Shown here piece after piece: positions 18,201-20,000 of a stretch of 20,000 nt of DNA. The notes beneath the pieces are model-generated. The model had not been told where the DNA came from, searched no databases, and worked only from the letters and a program-made list of their open reading frames with translations. This DNA is from Chiloscyllium plagiosum (lineage: Eukaryota). Location: positions 53,603,946 through 53,623,945 of the forward strand of contig NC_057718.1 in assembly GCF_004010195.1 (NCBI RefSeq), read 5' to 3'. How positions within the stretch are numbered: position 1 is the stretch's first letter; every line of letters begins with the position of its first letter. The position numbers and the translations under genes are program-made.

Positions 18201-18376
18201 TATTACGAAATGTATAAAAATATCTTGACATGTGCTCTGGATTGAGAGAAGACTCATAGCTGACCACTGTGCTGTTGGTGTCTTTCTCTCCCTGGAGCGC
18301 CGGTATTTCCTTGTACAATAAACTCTGTTGTTGAACCCTGACTCAGACTCCAAGGCTGGTGATTTTACCCACAACA
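18201..18376 (+). mobile_element. Possible short LTR-like remnant
   Basis: TATAAAA (~18213), AATAAA (~18317) and an end in ...CACAACA. No TSD was found. Confidence 0.25.
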
Positions 18377-18512
18377 CAGGGAAAACGGAATAGGAACAGA
18401 CTGGAAGAACCATTAAAAACAACAAATGAACAGAAAAATGTCAATCAGTATATTTTCCATCCGGCCAATATTCCAAATATCTATCATTTACAAATTGTGC
18501 ATTTTATTCTAA

Positions 18513-18667
18513 TATGGGTATATGAGTAGGAAGGGTTTAGAGGGATATGTGCCAAGTGCTGGCAAACTGAACTAGATTGGTTTAGGATATCTGGTCGGCA
18601 TGGACGATTTGGATCAAAGGGTCTGTTTCCATGCTGTACATCTCTATGACTCCATGACTCTATGACA
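18513..18667 (+). mobile_element. CR1/HER1-like LINE 3' end fragment
   Basis: aagggtttagagggatatgtgccaagtgctggcaaa...ggtcggcatggacga...aagggtctgtttccatgctgta is followed by an 8-bp-period tail (CTATGACT/CCATGACT repeats), typical of CR1 3' ends. Confidence 0.85.
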
Positions 18668-18992
18668 AATGCCATGCCATTGTTTGTAAAGGATGGAGGA
18701 AGAAGTCAAACAATTACAAAGATGTCAACTTAACCAGTAGAAAACCAAGTAAAATCAAAAGTAACTGTCCAAGGGTATGGTCACATTGATTCATGTCATA
18801 GGGCTGCATCCTTGGAAATCAGGTAGTTAGATTGGATTGGGGGATGGGAGAGATGTCATTTCCAATAGGGTGCTGTCAGATGTATGCGGTTGGGGGGGAT
18901 AATGTTAGATTGGAGGCATTTAGAATGTGTAGTCAGGGTCCATAGGCAGCAGAGTGGGGAAGTCAAGTGGGGATGTTCTCTGATCTAAGGAT

Positions 18993-20000
18993 TAGGATTC
19001 TGGGTAATCCAAAATGGAGGACGGGAAAAATTTCTGGCTGGAAGAGCTGCTCCTTTTTTTGAGGTATTTTAGGTGTTGGAGGAGATTTTCTCGAATTCCA
19101 GGAGCAGCAATTACTATTTTATATGCTGTTGCATTGTTTTGGAACTTTGGAAAAAAAAAGTCAAAACAACAGCAGTTTAAAAGGGAGAAGAGCAGACAAA
19201 GGACGAGAGAGGAATTTGCAACAGCAACAGTATGTGATGGATGGCAGTTATATGAAGGGGCAGAAGTCTCAGATACAGTCACATAGATGGGTTAACTCCA
19301 GGCAGGGTCAGAGAGGTAGGCAGCTTGTGCAGGAGTCTTTTGTGGATATACCCATTTCAAACAGGTATGCTGTTTTGGAAAATGTAGGGGGTGAAGGATT
19401 CTCAGGGGAACGTAGCACAAACAGCCAAGTTTCTGGTACTAAGACTGGCTCTAATGCAAAGAGAGGTACGTCGGCTTCCAAGAGATCAATTGTGTTTAGG
19501 GATTCTATAGTCAAAGGTACAGACAAACATTTCTGTGGCCAACAGAGAAAAAGCAAAATGGTGTGTTGTTTCCCTGGTGCCAGAATCAAGGATGTCTCAG
19601 AGAGGGTGCTGAATGTTCTCACGGGGGAGAGGGGAGAGGGGAGAGGGGCCAGCAGGAGGTCATTGTCCACATTGGAACGAATGACATAGGAAGGGAAAAG
19701 GTTGAGACTCTGAAAGGAGATTACAGAGAGTTAGGCAGAAATTTAAAAAGGAGGTCCACAAGGGTAGTAATATCTGGATTACTCCCAGTGCTATGAGCTA
19801 GTGAGGGCAGGAATAGGAGGATAGAACAGATGAATGCATGGTTGAGGAGCTGGTGTATGGGAGAAGGATTCACATTTTTGGATCATTGGAATCTCTTTTG
19901 GGGTAGAAGTGACCTGTACAAGAAGGACGGATTGCACCTAAATTGGAAGGGGACTAATATACTGGCAGGGAAATTTGCTCGAACTGCTTGGGAGGATTTA
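18993..20000 (+). mobile_element. CR1-clade LINE 5' portion (5' UTR plus disrupted ORF1), continues past the window end
   Basis: ORF1 motifs are given in the next feature. 18993-19203 is interpreted as 5' UTR (YY1-like AAAATGGAGG near the start); its assignment and left boundary are inferred. Confidence 0.8.
19204..20000 (+). pseudogene. CR1 ORF1p SGNH/GDSL esterase domain, disrupted
   Basis: IPISNRYAVL, SIVFRDSIV (block I, GDS>RDS), CCFPGARIKDV (block II), VIVHIGTND (block III) and LYKKDGLHLN (block V DxxH). It is frameshifted at the (GGGGAGA)3 tract 19624-19644 and has an in-frame TGA at 19794-19796. Confidence 0.92.

Noticed and set aside
19123..19796. Cellular GDSL lipase or esterase gene
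   Set aside because: The motif context (IPISNRYAVL, CCFPGARIKDV, HIGTND, DGLHLN) is that of CR1 ORF1p; it is intronless and disrupted.

Overview
This is eukaryotic, repeat-rich DNA, almost certainly from a cartilaginous fish (shark). It carries HE1-type tRNA SINEs, CR1/HER1-like and L2 LINE remnants, and Penelope-like (PLE) fragments. No intact protein-coding gene can be supported. The ORF track is mostly chance ORFs, repeat artefacts and decayed transposon proteins (CR1 ORF1 SGNH esterase, CR1 ORF2 RT, L2 ORF2 C-terminus, PIF/Harbinger transposase). The dominant structure is a ~4.3 kb 32-bp minisatellite (~2140-6460) with two unit types. The homogeneous type carries an AP-1 site in nearly every unit and reads as a consensus 5' splice site on the minus strand. 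The array appears to be the body of a non-autonomous retroposon with a LINE-like 3' tail (SVA-like VNTR architecture; inference). Also seen: a solo LTR hit by three nested insertions, including an initiator-tRNA-Met copy with an attached hairpin; two tiny TSD-flanked PLE insertions, one with a minimal hammerhead ribozyme core; a second probable solo LTR; and weak hints of minus-strand exons or promoters of an unidentified host gene. Family names come from recalled consensus motifs, not database searches.
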